From NCBI GenBank assembly GCA_025963485.1, contig JAOQAO010000067.1, forward strand, positions 796-64,795: DNA of 64,000 nt. The letters run 5' to 3'. The position numbers and the translations under genes were made by a program. Shown in pieces: positions 8,733-18,135 of this stretch; position 1 is the stretch's first letter, and each line of letters begins with the position of its first letter. Below the pieces are notes generated by a model, which worked only from the letters and a program-made list of their open reading frames with translations, searched no databases and had not been told where the DNA came from. Origin of the DNA: Bacteroidota bacterium (GTDB taxonomy: Bacteria; Bacteroidota; Bacteroidia; Chitinophagales; LD1).

Positions 8733-9314
8733 TTAATCTCCTGACAGCAAATATTTCTCGATCTTCTGTGCTGCGTGAAAATAGGAGGCTTTCAGCGCAC
8801 CCACGCTGGTATTGAGTATCTCGCTGATCTGTTCATATGGCATTTCATCGTAGTATCGCATATTAAATACAAGCTTCTGTCTATCAGGAAGCAATTCGAT
8901 CGCCTTTTGAAGTTTTGCCAGTAGTTTTTCGGGGTCGATAGATTCAGATTCTGCCCTGACATAACTGGCGGGACTCAGGTTTTCATCGTCGCTATCATGG
9001 TCAGTCCCGTCAAAGGAGACCGTATCATGTTTTTTCTGCTGGCTCAGGTAGTTGAGGCATTCATTGGTAGCGATACGGTACATCCAGGTAAACAGCTGCG
9101 AATCTGACCGGAAATTCTCCAGTCCTTTCCATATTTTGATAAAGGTATTCTGCATGACGTCATTGGCATTTTCATGCTCGGTGACCATGCGGCGTATATG
9201 CCAGTATATCTTCTGCTGATACTTCTCGACCAGCAGTTTGAATGCCCTCTCCCGTGAGGAACCGTGATGAAAAAGGTCTAATATTTCACTATCAGTCATG
9301 GTGGTGGTCGGCAT
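8733..9314 (-). CDS. RNA polymerase ECF-type sigma-70 factor
   Basis: Region 2 (NDVMQNTFIKIWKGLENFRSDSQLFTWMYRIATNECLNYL) and region 4 (LPDRQKLVFNMRYYDEMPYEQISEILNTSVGALKASYFHA) are recognisable. 193 aa. Confidence 0.9.
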   Translation of the reverse strand: MPTTTMTDSEILDLFHHGSSRERAFKLLVEKYQQKIYWHIRRMVTEHENANDVMQNTFIKIWKGLENFRSDSQLFTWMYRIATNECLNYLSQQKKHDTVSFDGTDHDSDDENLSPASYVRAESESIDPEKLLAKLQKAIELLPDRQKLVFNMRYYDEMPYEQISEILNTSVGALKASYFHAAQKIEKYLLSGD

Positions 9315-9349
9315 ACCGTGCAGATAGGGTGATCTGCCAGATTGTTTGA

Positions 9350-10312
9350 TTATTTCTTTCGGGTGAGTACTTTCTTCACAGCAGCGACTACGTCAGGGGT
9401 ATCCAATCCATATTTGGCCAGAAGCTGGTCCGGTGTACCGCTCTCGCCAAAGCTATCATTCACCGCCACCTGTTCCATAGGTGTGGGATTCTCTTTGCTG
9501 AGCAATGTGGCTATAGTGCTACCGAGGCCGCCTATATAGTTATGCTCCTCACAGGTCACAGCGCACCTCGTCTTGCTCACTGAGCGTATGACCGCTTCTC
9601 TATCCAAAGGTTTAATGGTATGGATATTAATGAGTTCTACAGATATTCCCTCTGCCTCCAGCTGCTGTGCCGCCTTGACCGCCTTCCATACGAGATGGCC
9701 TGTAGCGAAGATCGTTACATCCTTGCCCTCATTCATTACGATGGCCTTGCCTATTTCGAAAGGCTTATCTGCCGGGGTGAAGTTCGGCCACTTCGGCCTG
9801 CCAAACCGGAGGTAAACAGGTCCTTCCATTCTCCCTGCCGCTATCGTCGCGGCTTTGGTCTGGTTATAGTCACAGGGATTGATCACGGTCATGCCGGGCA
9901 GCATTTGCATCAGGCCTATGTCCTCCAGTATCTGGTGTGTCGCACCATCCTCGCCGAGTGTGAGGCCTGCATGTGAGGCCGCTATCTTTACGTTCTTGCC
10001 AGAGTAGGCTACTGATTGGCGCACCTGGTCATATACACGCCCGGTCACAAAGTTCGCAAACGAGGTTGCAAATGGCACCTTGCCTCCTATGGTCATGCCT
10101 GCTGCGATGCCTATCATATTCGCCTCTGAAATACCGCATTGCACGAAGCGGTCCGGAAATTCTTTTATAAAATCATCGAGCTTCAGCGAACCTACCAGGT
10201 CCGCACACAGCGCGACCACATTAGGGTTCTCCCTGCCCAGTGCCAATATCCCTGCGCCAAATCCCGAGCGGGTGTCTACTTCATTCTGTATTGTGTAATC
10301 TGATAATGCCAT
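9350..10312 (-). CDS. transketolase, C-terminal (pyrimidine-binding plus C-terminal domain) subunit
   Basis: 320 aa. Contains SGFGAGILALGRENPNVVALCADL...FPDRFVQCGISEANMIGIAAGM, typical of the split transketolase B subunit. Confidence 0.9.
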   Translation of the reverse strand: MALSDYTIQNEVDTRSGFGAGILALGRENPNVVALCADLVGSLKLDDFIKEFPDRFVQCGISEANMIGIAAGMTIGGKVPFATSFANFVTGRVYDQVRQSVAYSGKNVKIAASHAGLTLGEDGATHQILEDIGLMQMLPGMTVINPCDYNQTKAATIAAGRMEGPVYLRFGRPKWPNFTPADKPFEIGKAIVMNEGKDVTIFATGHLVWKAVKAAQQLEAEGISVELINIHTIKPLDREAVIRSVSKTRCAVTCEEHNYIGGLGSTIATLLSKENPTPMEQVAVNDSFGESGTPDQLLAKYGLDTPDVVAAVKKVLTRKK

Positions 10313-10389
10313 GCGTCAAATTTAGAGTATAAAGAAAGCTTTCTCAGATACGTTATCTACAAATAGTGGAAAGCCGGATCGGGTTTTTT

Positions 10390-11685
10390 CTAAACTACCG
10401 GGGCTGTGGCCCCTGGTGCGGATGATTCGCCCCCTTGACCTGCCAGGTAATCAAACAAAACTGCGAAAGACATCAATGTAAGAGGAACAAAAACATACAA
10501 ATAGGGCATCTGAATGAAAGCGTAAAAAAAGACCATGCTTATTTTAAAACTGGCATAAGCAAAATAGCGATCATTCAATTCAAATCTCTTTTTGAGCCAC
10601 AGCGCAGATAGTATCAGTATGAGCGGAGCGAGAAAGCTCGTAATAACCTCCAGAATGAGCATATTGTGTACCTGACCAAAACTAAAGAATTTAAAAAGCC
10701 CGACATTGTATAGCAGATGTTCCTCCACCCCATACGAGTGCCAAAAGCGATCTGTAAGCCCGATATAACCGCGGGGAATATGGATAAAGTAGAGAGGATC
10801 TCTGATGAAAAAAGGGATAACAAATACTGCGAGCATACCCCCGGTATATGACAAAAAGAGTTTCCAAAAATCCGATCTCGGCCTGGTCAGAAAAACAAAC
10901 CCGAAATAAACCGGTATCCACAAAATCAGGCTATACCTGCTCAGCGTACAGCACATGATCGCTAGTCCTATCAACCAATAATTTCGTCTCAGCAAGGCTA
11001 AAGACAGCAGGAGATAGAATCCTGCCACTACCCCTTCTTCAGTCATAGTCCAGTAGTCGGTACGCTTGTATAGGAAATAATTAAATAAGAGAAACAATGC
11101 TGCGGCGCCAATGATAGCCGGTAATAAAGGGATGGATCTATTGCGGTTTAGTACCGGCATCATAGCCAGCCCAACACAAAAAAGTTGCATAGCAACGGTA
11201 ACCCATCTAAAATCGAAACCCAAAATGGATGCTGGGATAAATGGGATCCACATCGCCGGCAGGTAGGGTATTATACTGCCGGGATATATTTCCGGTGCAG
11301 GGCCATAAACGACCTCGCCATGTAAAAAGCGACGGCAGGCCACCTGCAGGCAGGGCAACATGTCAGCGATCCTGGCGTCTATAGGCATGTTACTATATTC
11401 AGTCGTCAATCGGACGATATGATGGCCAATCAGAAATAGTATAAACGCCCCCAACAGGTAAGGAATTGATTTATTAATTCGTGCCGGGGTCTTCAAAAAT
11501 GAAATCTTACTGACTGGTACCAGTGGTAAAATACAAACAGCAAGCCCGCTTAGTAAATAGAGGATAGAACTGGAATAGTAAAAAGTACTGCCACTTTGCT
11601 GCAGGTATGTCAAAGACAGGGTCTCGAGCAATACGCAAATAGATAATGCCAATGCGATAATATAATAGCGTCGATCTCTGGTCAT
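10390..11685 (-). CDS. polytopic membrane protein, probable GT-C fold glycosyltransferase (GT87/DUF2029-like)
   Basis: About 11-12 hydrophobic segments. The first loop, ...IDARIADMLPCLQVACRRFLHGEVVYGP...YPGSIIPYLPAMWIPF, resembles the Asp-containing loop followed by the Y-x-P motif of DUF2029/PimE-like enzymes. The start is set at MTRDRRYY (11685) by alignment with the paralogue N-terminus MITDKRHH; the tracked ORF starts at a GTG at 11793. Confidence 0.55.
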   Translation of the reverse strand: MTRDRRYYIIALALSICVLLETLSLTYLQQSGSTFYYSSSILYLLSGLAVCILPLVPVSKISFLKTPARINKSIPYLLGAFILFLIGHHIVRLTTEYSNMPIDARIADMLPCLQVACRRFLHGEVVYGPAPEIYPGSIIPYLPAMWIPFIPASILGFDFRWVTVAMQLFCVGLAMMPVLNRNRSIPLLPAIIGAAALFLLFNYFLYKRTDYWTMTEEGVVAGFYLLLSLALLRRNYWLIGLAIMCCTLSRYSLILWIPVYFGFVFLTRPRSDFWKLFLSYTGGMLAVFVIPFFIRDPLYFIHIPRGYIGLTDRFWHSYGVEEHLLYNVGLFKFFSFGQVHNMLILEVITSFLAPLILILSALWLKKRFELNDRYFAYASFKISMVFFYAFIQMPYLYVFVPLTLMSFAVLFDYLAGQGGESSAPGATAPVV

Positions 11686-11856
11686 TGGCAGTTCCTGTTC
11701 ATCCGGGCTTATGGTTTTCGATGTTTCAATATCAAAGTGAGCCCCGGGATATTTCCCCTGTCCCAGGACATCACAAGTGATTGTAGTAGCCACACAAAGT
11801 TAGCTAGTCATCTAATAAATAAATAAATCTTTATCTACAGTCGTGAATAGGCTGAC

Positions 11857-13140
11857 CTAAGCCTTTGTATCATTAACTGCGACTGCTGGTCCAGCCACAT
11901 AGTCAAACAGAAGCACATAGGAGAGCAAGGTGATCGGAACAAAGACATACACATATGGTATCTGTATGAAGGCAAAGAAAAAGATCAGGCTTATTTTGAG
12001 GCTGGCAAATCCAAGGTACTGCTCATTTACTTCAGTCTTTTTTGCGAGCCATTTCACAGTCAGGATCAGAATGACTGGAGCCAGGAAACTCGTAAGCAGC
12101 TCCAGGACAAACATAGTATGAACCTGCTCAAAACTGAAAAATTTAAAAAGCCCAACGTTGTAAAATTGATGGTCGGCTACGCCACACACATCCCAGAAAT
12201 GCTTCTTGAGTTTCATATAACTGTCTGGAATATGAATGAAGTAAAGCGGGTCGCGGATAAAAAATGGTATAATAAACAGAGCCAGCATTGAGGCCCCGGA
12301 GGACACGAGGAGTTTCCAGAAATCCTGCCTAGGGCGTATCACCATCACAAATATGAAGTAAACCGGCAACCACATGACCAGGCTATACCTGCTCAAAGTA
12401 CATACTGTAATGGCCAATCCAATGAGCCAATAGTTTTTGCGAAGCAGGGCAAACCCCAGCAGTAGGTAAAAGCAGACAACCACCCCTTCCTCTGTCATGC
12501 CCCAATAGTCATAGCGCTTGTAAAGAAAGTAATTCAGGAAAAGGAACAGACCGGCTCCGGCTAGTATAGCAGGGATGAGCAGGATACTTTTCCGGATCTT
12601 GACAAGTGGCGTCATTATGACTGCCACGCTCAATAGCTGAAAAAACACCGTGATCCACCTGAAGTCAAAGTCAAAAATGGCGGCAGGAAGGAAAGGCAGC
12701 CACATCATCGGCAGATAAGGCATGATACTACCCTGAAATAATTGGGGGGGGCGGGGCGTAGACTGTTTCCCCGTACAAAAACCGCGAACACGCGATCTGA
12801 ATAGTAGGGATCATATCAGCCCATTTCAGAGTGACGAGCATTCTGGTATACACATCCTCTAGTCTTATACATGAAGTGCAACTATGAATAAGATAAACCC
12901 TGCAACGAGAAAGGGAATGACCTTGTCAACCATCCTCATAGGCGATGAAAACAAAAACTCTTTCCCAAGGTGAATAAATGGCAAAATACAAACAGCGAGT
13001 CCGCTTATGAAATAAAGTATAGAACTCGAATAATAAAAAACACCACCCTTTTGCTGCATGTAGGTCATCGACAAGGTTTCCACCAGGACACAAATAGCAA
13101 GTGCCATTGCCGTAATGTGGTGTCGCTTGTCAGTGATCAT
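11857..13140 (-). pseudogene. tandem paralogue of the 10390..11685 membrane protein, split by two frameshifts
   Basis: ORF 12865..13140 aligns to the N-terminus of the downstream paralogue, and ORF 11857..12723 aligns to its last ~290 aa. The connecting segment 12724..12867 encodes the missing loop (IRLEDVYTRMLVTLKWADMIPTIQIACSRFLYGETVYAPPPP) only in a different frame. The two flanking ORFs are in the same frame as each other. Confidence 0.75.
12744..12751. repeat. G8 (C8 on the coding strand) homopolymer at the second frameshift
   Basis: attGGGGGGGGcGGGGcg. Reading the tract as C7 joins YAPPP to QLFQGSIMPYLP, which matches YGPAPEIYPGSIIPYLP of the paralogue. Confidence 0.8.
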
Positions 13141-14666
13141 CCGTTATTTTTATTCATCAGGCTTCGTGGCTCCGGCGTTTCTGGCTTTCTTTCAAGCAGT
13201 TTCCACTTCTCTACGTTATAGTAGGTTTCCAGCGTCTGATGAGTGAATAACGCATTGATAGAGTCCCTTACATTTGCTTGACCGGTCAGTACAATATCCC
13301 CTTCACGTAGTTTGTTTATTCTTACCAGTTCTACCTTTTGTCCTTTATATTCCAGGACCTTTGTCTCGCACTTTATGATACGCACCAGATGCGACTGGTT
13401 GTAAACGATTTTATACCCATCCATATTTACAGGCGACCTGTCCCTTTGTCTCAGATAGTGGCTCATATTAAAAGCATCCCCGTCCCAGGAGCTTTCTGCG
13501 ATGCTCTGGTCGTTGTATATGATATCTATATAACCGGGTGCTGCGATCACCAGCAGTGCCATCACAGCGGCAATCTTTCTCCATAAGAATACTTTGTCCC
13601 CTCCGATATTGAACAGGCTATCTATTATCACATAGGCACCTATACCTGATATGATAGCAAAAAACGGAATCATGGGTGCATCATACCAATCCAGCTTAGT
13701 AGCGCTTACGGAGATCACCGTCACAAATAAGAATACCACTACTACACAGAATACCAGCAATGGCCTCAGTGGATTCTCTCTCTTACTGAATAAGCTTAAA
13801 ATTCCTATGACAAAGAACGATATCCATATTTTCTCCGCTTCTGATATATGCTGGATATAATACCAGAATGGCCCTTCATGCCCATCGTTTGTCTTGATAA
13901 ATCTCCCCCCGAGCTCATTATCATATACTGCCTGCATGTATCCGGGATTGTAGTGCTCCCTCAAGACATAATATCCCATCCCAAAAACAACAACGGTCAG
14001 TGCACTGATATAGAACTCCTTTGAGCGCAAAAGTGTGACAAGCTTCTTCTGTATCAATGTATAAACCAGCAGGGCAGGCATGATCATCATGGCTGCTATC
14101 CCTTTGGTCCATATAGCACCGATCATGGCTATGGTAAAGATCGTCCATAGCCTGCCGTTCCTTTTGTCGGCCCGGTCTGGCTGTAGCAGAAGGAAATAAG
14201 CAATGCTAAATATGAATACGAAGGTCACCAGAAATGCGTCATATTCCCCTGTCCTGAATACGTGCTGCCGTATCAGGCCCGTAGAAGATATCATGATCAG
14301 TACAGAGGCAAAAGCTGCTACAGGGGTCCGGTATCTATAACTTATAAAGAGAAAAATACCAATGCACAAGAGTGCCCCTGCTATCGCATTAGGCAGGCGG
14401 ATAGATAGCTCGTTGAATCCTATCAGCTTGCTCATACCCGCCATGCACCAGATGACCAGAGGTGGTTTGGTATTGGACATCTCCGGCGCGGTGAAATCGC
14501 GAACCACTATCGGATCTCCGGTCTGCATCATTTCATAAGTGTGCATAGCCAGGTATGACTCATCCCATAGCCTGAAAGGCAAAGAATCCAGATGCAGGAA
14601 AATGGCGAAATAGATCAGTGGTAGCAGCAATAAAAGATAAGGACTACTCCGCTTGGGTGTATTCAT
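13137..14666 (-). CDS. ArnT/PMT-like GT-C glycosyltransferase (GT39/GT83-type, polyprenyl-phosphate-sugar dependent)
   Basis: 509 aa and polytopic. The N-terminal block FRLWDESYLAMHTYEMMQTGDPIV...KPPLVIWCMAGMSKLIGFNELSIRLPNAIAGAL has the acidic first-loop motif typical of this family. Its stop overlaps the next gene start by 4 nt (ATGA). Confidence 0.7.
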   Translation of the reverse strand: MNTPKRSSPYLLLLLPLIYFAIFLHLDSLPFRLWDESYLAMHTYEMMQTGDPIVVRDFTAPEMSNTKPPLVIWCMAGMSKLIGFNELSIRLPNAIAGALLCIGIFLFISYRYRTPVAAFASVLIMISSTGLIRQHVFRTGEYDAFLVTFVFIFSIAYFLLLQPDRADKRNGRLWTIFTIAMIGAIWTKGIAAMMIMPALLVYTLIQKKLVTLLRSKEFYISALTVVVFGMGYYVLREHYNPGYMQAVYDNELGGRFIKTNDGHEGPFWYYIQHISEAEKIWISFFVIGILSLFSKRENPLRPLLVFCVVVVFLFVTVISVSATKLDWYDAPMIPFFAIISGIGAYVIIDSLFNIGGDKVFLWRKIAAVMALLVIAAPGYIDIIYNDQSIAESSWDGDAFNMSHYLRQRDRSPVNMDGYKIVYNQSHLVRIIKCETKVLEYKGQKVELVRINKLREGDIVLTGQANVRDSINALFTHQTLETYYNVEKWKLLERKPETPEPRSLMNKNNG

Positions 14667-14695
14667 ACAATACTAAAGTATAAAAAGGAATCGGA

Positions 14696-15538
14696 TCAAT
14701 AGTCCTTCTCCTCTACGAGCTGTCCCAGTGCCTGTGCCAGCTGTGCATCGTTAGGGGCTACACCGTGCCATTTGTGGCTACCCATCATAAAGTCCACGCC
14801 AGCGCCCATAGATGTCTTCATGATGACGAAGACCGGCTTGCCATGGCCCGTACGCGCTTTGGCTTCATTGAGCCCGTCTATGACCTGCGCCATATTATTG
14901 CCATCTGCTATCGCCATTACATCCCATCCGAAGGCACGCGCTTTGGCATCGAGGTCTCCTAGTCCGAGCACCTTATCAGTCGGGCCGTCTATCTGTTGGC
15001 CATTATAGTCTACCGTAGAGATCAGGTTGTCGACTTTATTATGCGGAGCGAACATCATTGCTTCCCATATCTGGCCCTCTTGCAGTTCGCCATCGCCATG
15101 CAGTGAGAAGACCAGCGATTGATCCTGATTGAGTTTCTTTGTCAGCGCGGCTCCTATCGCCACACTCATACCCTGACCCAGGGAGCCGGACGCCACCCTC
15201 ACACCCGGCAGGTGCTCATGCGTAGTAGGATGTCCTTGCAGTCTGGAGTTGAGTTTGCGGAAGGTGGCCAATTCAGCCACATCGAAGTATCCGCTTCTGG
15301 CCAATACTGAATAAAATACAGGCGATATATGCCCATTGGACAGGAAGAACAGATCCTCTCCGATACCGTCCATATTGAATCCCTTATTGCGTTTCATGAT
15401 CTCAAAGTAAAGCGCCACAAAGTATTCTGTACAGCCCAGCGATCCGCCGGGATGGCCGGAGTTGACCGCGTGTACCATTCTCACTATGTCGCGGCGCACC
15501 TGTGTGGCGATGCGTTGGAGTTCCTCAGTAGATGCCAT
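14696..15538 (-). CDS. transketolase, N-terminal (ThDP-binding) subunit
   Basis: 280 aa. Contains SGHPGGSLGCTEYFVALYF and the ThDP motif GDGELQEGQIWEAMMFA. Confidence 0.9.
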   Translation of the reverse strand: MASTEELQRIATQVRRDIVRMVHAVNSGHPGGSLGCTEYFVALYFEIMKRNKGFNMDGIGEDLFFLSNGHISPVFYSVLARSGYFDVAELATFRKLNSRLQGHPTTHEHLPGVRVASGSLGQGMSVAIGAALTKKLNQDQSLVFSLHGDGELQEGQIWEAMMFAPHNKVDNLISTVDYNGQQIDGPTDKVLGLGDLDAKARAFGWDVMAIADGNNMAQVIDGLNEAKARTGHGKPVFVIMKTSMGAGVDFMMGSHKWHGVAPNDAQLAQALGQLVEEKDY

Positions 15539-15634
15539 GTATCTGATTTTGCGCTAAAATAGGAACGCCCGCCGATAAGCACTCCCCGACTTATATACAA
15601 GGCGTGAATATCCGCTCCGCCCATTTGCCGATTC

Positions 15635-15642
15635 TAGTTTTG
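15635..15642 (+). promoter_or_regulatory. Bacteroidota -7-like box TAGTTTTG upstream of the carbonic anhydrase gene
   Basis: Exact TAnnTTTG match 42 nt upstream of the ATG at 15684. No well-spaced -33 TTTG was found. Confidence 0.3.
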
Positions 15643-15683
15643 TTTCTCAGGGTTCTTTGCGTTCTTTGCGGTATATACTTACC

Positions 15684-16319
15684 ATGCAGCACTCATACGA
15701 AAGACTCCTCACCGGCAATAAGGCATGGGCCGAAGACAAACTGAAGAATGACCCGGAATACTTCAGTAAGCTGTCCGGCATCCAGCGCCCGGACTTCCTT
15801 TGGATAGGTTGCTCTGACAGCCGTGTTCCTGCCAATGAAGTCACAGGCACCCCACCCGGAGAAATATTCGTCCATCGCAATGTCGCCAATATAGTCGTCC
15901 AGACCGATCTCAACCTCATGAGCGTCCTGCAGTATGCTGTAGAGGTCCTCGAGGTCAAGCATGTGATCGTCTGCGGCCACTATGGCTGTGGCGGTGTGCT
16001 GGCCGCCATGGGCCGCAATAATCTCGGCATCATCAATCAATGGATAAGCAGTATCAAAGACGTACACCGCCTGCACCGCGCAGAGGTAGACGCCATCCCA
16101 GATATCGAAGCCCGTAATGACCGCATGGTAGAGCTCAATGTATGCGAGCAGGTCAATAATCTGGCCAAGACCGCCATCATCCAGTCAGCCTGGAAGCATC
16201 ATAAGCGTCCCGACATTCACGGCTGGGCCTATGGCCTGAAGGACGGCCATATCAAGACCCTCTGTACCATCACCGCCGACACACAGATCGATCCTATTTT
16301 CCAATACGACAATTTGTAG
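15684..16319 (+). CDS. beta-class carbonic anhydrase
   Basis: PDFLWIGCSDSRVPANEVTG...GEIFVHRNVANIV...VCGHYGCGGV aligns closely with E. coli Can as I remember it. The ATG at 15684 gives MQHSYERLL; the tracked ORF begins at a TTG at 15657. Confidence 0.9.
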   Translation: MQHSYERLLTGNKAWAEDKLKNDPEYFSKLSGIQRPDFLWIGCSDSRVPANEVTGTPPGEIFVHRNVANIVVQTDLNLMSVLQYAVEVLEVKHVIVCGHYGCGGVLAAMGRNNLGIINQWISSIKDVHRLHRAEVDAIPDIEARNDRMVELNVCEQVNNLAKTAIIQSAWKHHKRPDIHGWAYGLKDGHIKTLCTITADTQIDPIFQYDNL

Positions 16320-16328
16320 AAAGGCTGC

Positions 16329-18020
16329 TTACTCCACTACCATCTTTCCCTGCTGCACCAGATTACCCGCGTCAGTGATCCGGTAGAAATAAACCCCTTT
16401 AGCCTTTCCCGATAAGTTCACTACAGAATTACCGGCATCTTCTCTACGTATTAGTAGCGTATTGCGTCCCATCACATCATACACTTCTATCATTTCACCT
16501 TCTTTCATTCCAGCGAAATAAAAAACTCCGGTAGATGGATTAGGATATAAGACTATACCACTGCGAATACCGGTCTCTTCAACACTCGTAGCGATAAAAG
16601 CATGAACTTTCGCTATAAAAGCATAACCATGGCCTGCCGTTTCTCCTATGGTATCCTGGTCAAAGGCGGTACCATAGGCGCCTTCGCCCACCAGATAAAC
16701 GTTGCCTTGATGATCCGTGCAAACTCCATAACCAATGTTGAAACCTGCCGCTACCCTGCTACTTGCTCCCTTTGCCCATACTATATTACCAATGCTATTA
16801 TATTTTATTAGCAGGACTCCTGTCCCTCTATTTTGTCGCAGCGTATCTGTTCCATATACCAATATAGAATCGTTAAAGGTTCCTGTCACATATATACCAC
16901 CTGTTTCGTCCACACTCAGAGAACCCGCGTTTTCATCTCTATTGCCACCTATATCCCTGATCCATTGGCCGTATCCATTCTCATCGAACTGAGCTATAAA
17001 TCCATCTATATTGTATGAAGGATTACCCGGGTTGGTGGCTGCGTTCCCATCGATATATATCGTTCCTTTCATGAAGATCCCGGTGACATAAATATGGCCG
17101 AATCTATCCGTAGTGATGCCCGTTGCCAGATTTTGGTTTGTACCTCCAGCCGTTGTACCCCATAGTACATTGCCTGAATTGTCATATTTGGCCAAATAGA
17201 TCGTAGGTGAGTTAGCAATAGAATATATATTGGACAATGTATCTCCCTCTAGTACCAACTCCTGTCCGCTATAGTCTCCCGTGATGTATATATATCCGGC
17301 TGCATCTGTTGCGATGCCTGTGGCTTCATTTGCATATTGGCCCTTGCCTGATCTCCCCCATAGCGCATTCCCGGAGGCATCATACTTTACCAGGAAGCTT
17401 TTACTATAATAATTTGAATCATTTGTCAGAACGGAACTTCCAAATGTGATAGTCGGACTTTCAAACCTCCCTGCTATGTAGGCATTGCCTGACAGATATG
17501 TAGCTATCCCGAAGGCTATATCCTCGCGGGTATTTCCTGCGCTTTTTGCCCAGATCGTATTTCCTGAAGCCCCCAGTCGCGCTACAAAGATATCTCCCCT
17601 TCCCACAAAGCTGTTGTAAAGCGTCACACCGCCAAAGGAGATATGATCGCTTTCGTACCATCCCGTTACTACTATGTCCCCATTTGGTGCGCAGGCGATA
17701 CCTGTAGTATAGTCGTCGCGCATTCCGCCGGCATTGATCGCCCACAGTACATTTCCTGATGCATCATATTTGGCTATGTAGGTATCGACCCGCGTGCTAT
17801 CGGTATTGATGAGTGTATCATTACCCAATATAATATTGCGGCCTTTATAGCTACCAGTTACATATATATTTCCCATAGCATCTGTACAGACAGACTGGCC
17901 CCAGGCCTCGATGCCTGCACCTGTATTACCTCTTGCCCAGCTCCAGCCCGGCGTTTGAGCATGTATTGATGAGACGATCAGTACAAACACGATGAGTGTG
18001 ATAAGTTGAATTGCTTTCAT
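16329..18020 (-). CDS. SBBP-repeat beta-propeller protein with T9SS type A C-terminal sorting domain
   Basis: Has a signal peptide and at least six repeats of the Y(I/L)AKYD(A/N)SGN(V/A)LW type. The C-terminus is VLYPNPSTGVFYF...GVYFYRITDAGNLVQQGKMVVE. Confidence 0.8.
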   Translation of the reverse strand: MKAIQLITLIVFVLIVSSIHAQTPGWSWARGNTGAGIEAWGQSVCTDAMGNIYVTGSYKGRNIILGNDTLINTDSTRVDTYIAKYDASGNVLWAINAGGMRDDYTTGIACAPNGDIVVTGWYESDHISFGGVTLYNSFVGRGDIFVARLGASGNTIWAKSAGNTREDIAFGIATYLSGNAYIAGRFESPTITFGSSVLTNDSNYYSKSFLVKYDASGNALWGRSGKGQYANEATGIATDAAGYIYITGDYSGQELVLEGDTLSNIYSIANSPTIYLAKYDNSGNVLWGTTAGGTNQNLATGITTDRFGHIYVTGIFMKGTIYIDGNAATNPGNPSYNIDGFIAQFDENGYGQWIRDIGGNRDENAGSLSVDETGGIYVTGTFNDSILVYGTDTLRQNRGTGVLLIKYNSIGNIVWAKGASSRVAAGFNIGYGVCTDHQGNVYLVGEGAYGTAFDQDTIGETAGHGYAFIAKVHAFIATSVEETGIRSGIVLYPNPSTGVFYFAGMKEGEMIEVYDVMGRNTLLIRREDAGNSVVNLSGKAKGVYFYRITDAGNLVQQGKMVVE

Positions 18021-18087
18021 ACGTTATGATTTTATACTACAAAAAAGCTGTTTAAATTTTCCTGGCTGTCACCGATTTGTAAAAGGT

Positions 18088-18120
18088 TTTGGTTGCCTTG
18101 CTTTATATTTCCTAATTTTG
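18088..18120 (+). promoter_or_regulatory. Bacteroidota-type promoter (-33 TTTG, 21-nt spacer, -7 TAATTTTG)
   Basis: TTTG at 18088-18091 and TAATTTTG at 18113-18120, about 60 nt upstream of the ATG at 18180. Confidence 0.4.
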
Positions 18121-18135
18121 ATAATAGATGCGACT

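Noticed and set aside
12744-12751. Simple phase variation of the GT-C paralogue by C-tract slippage
   Set aside because: A change of tract length alone cannot restore the gene, because a second frameshift and a TAA lie at ~12865-12868. I kept it only as part of the pseudogene finding.
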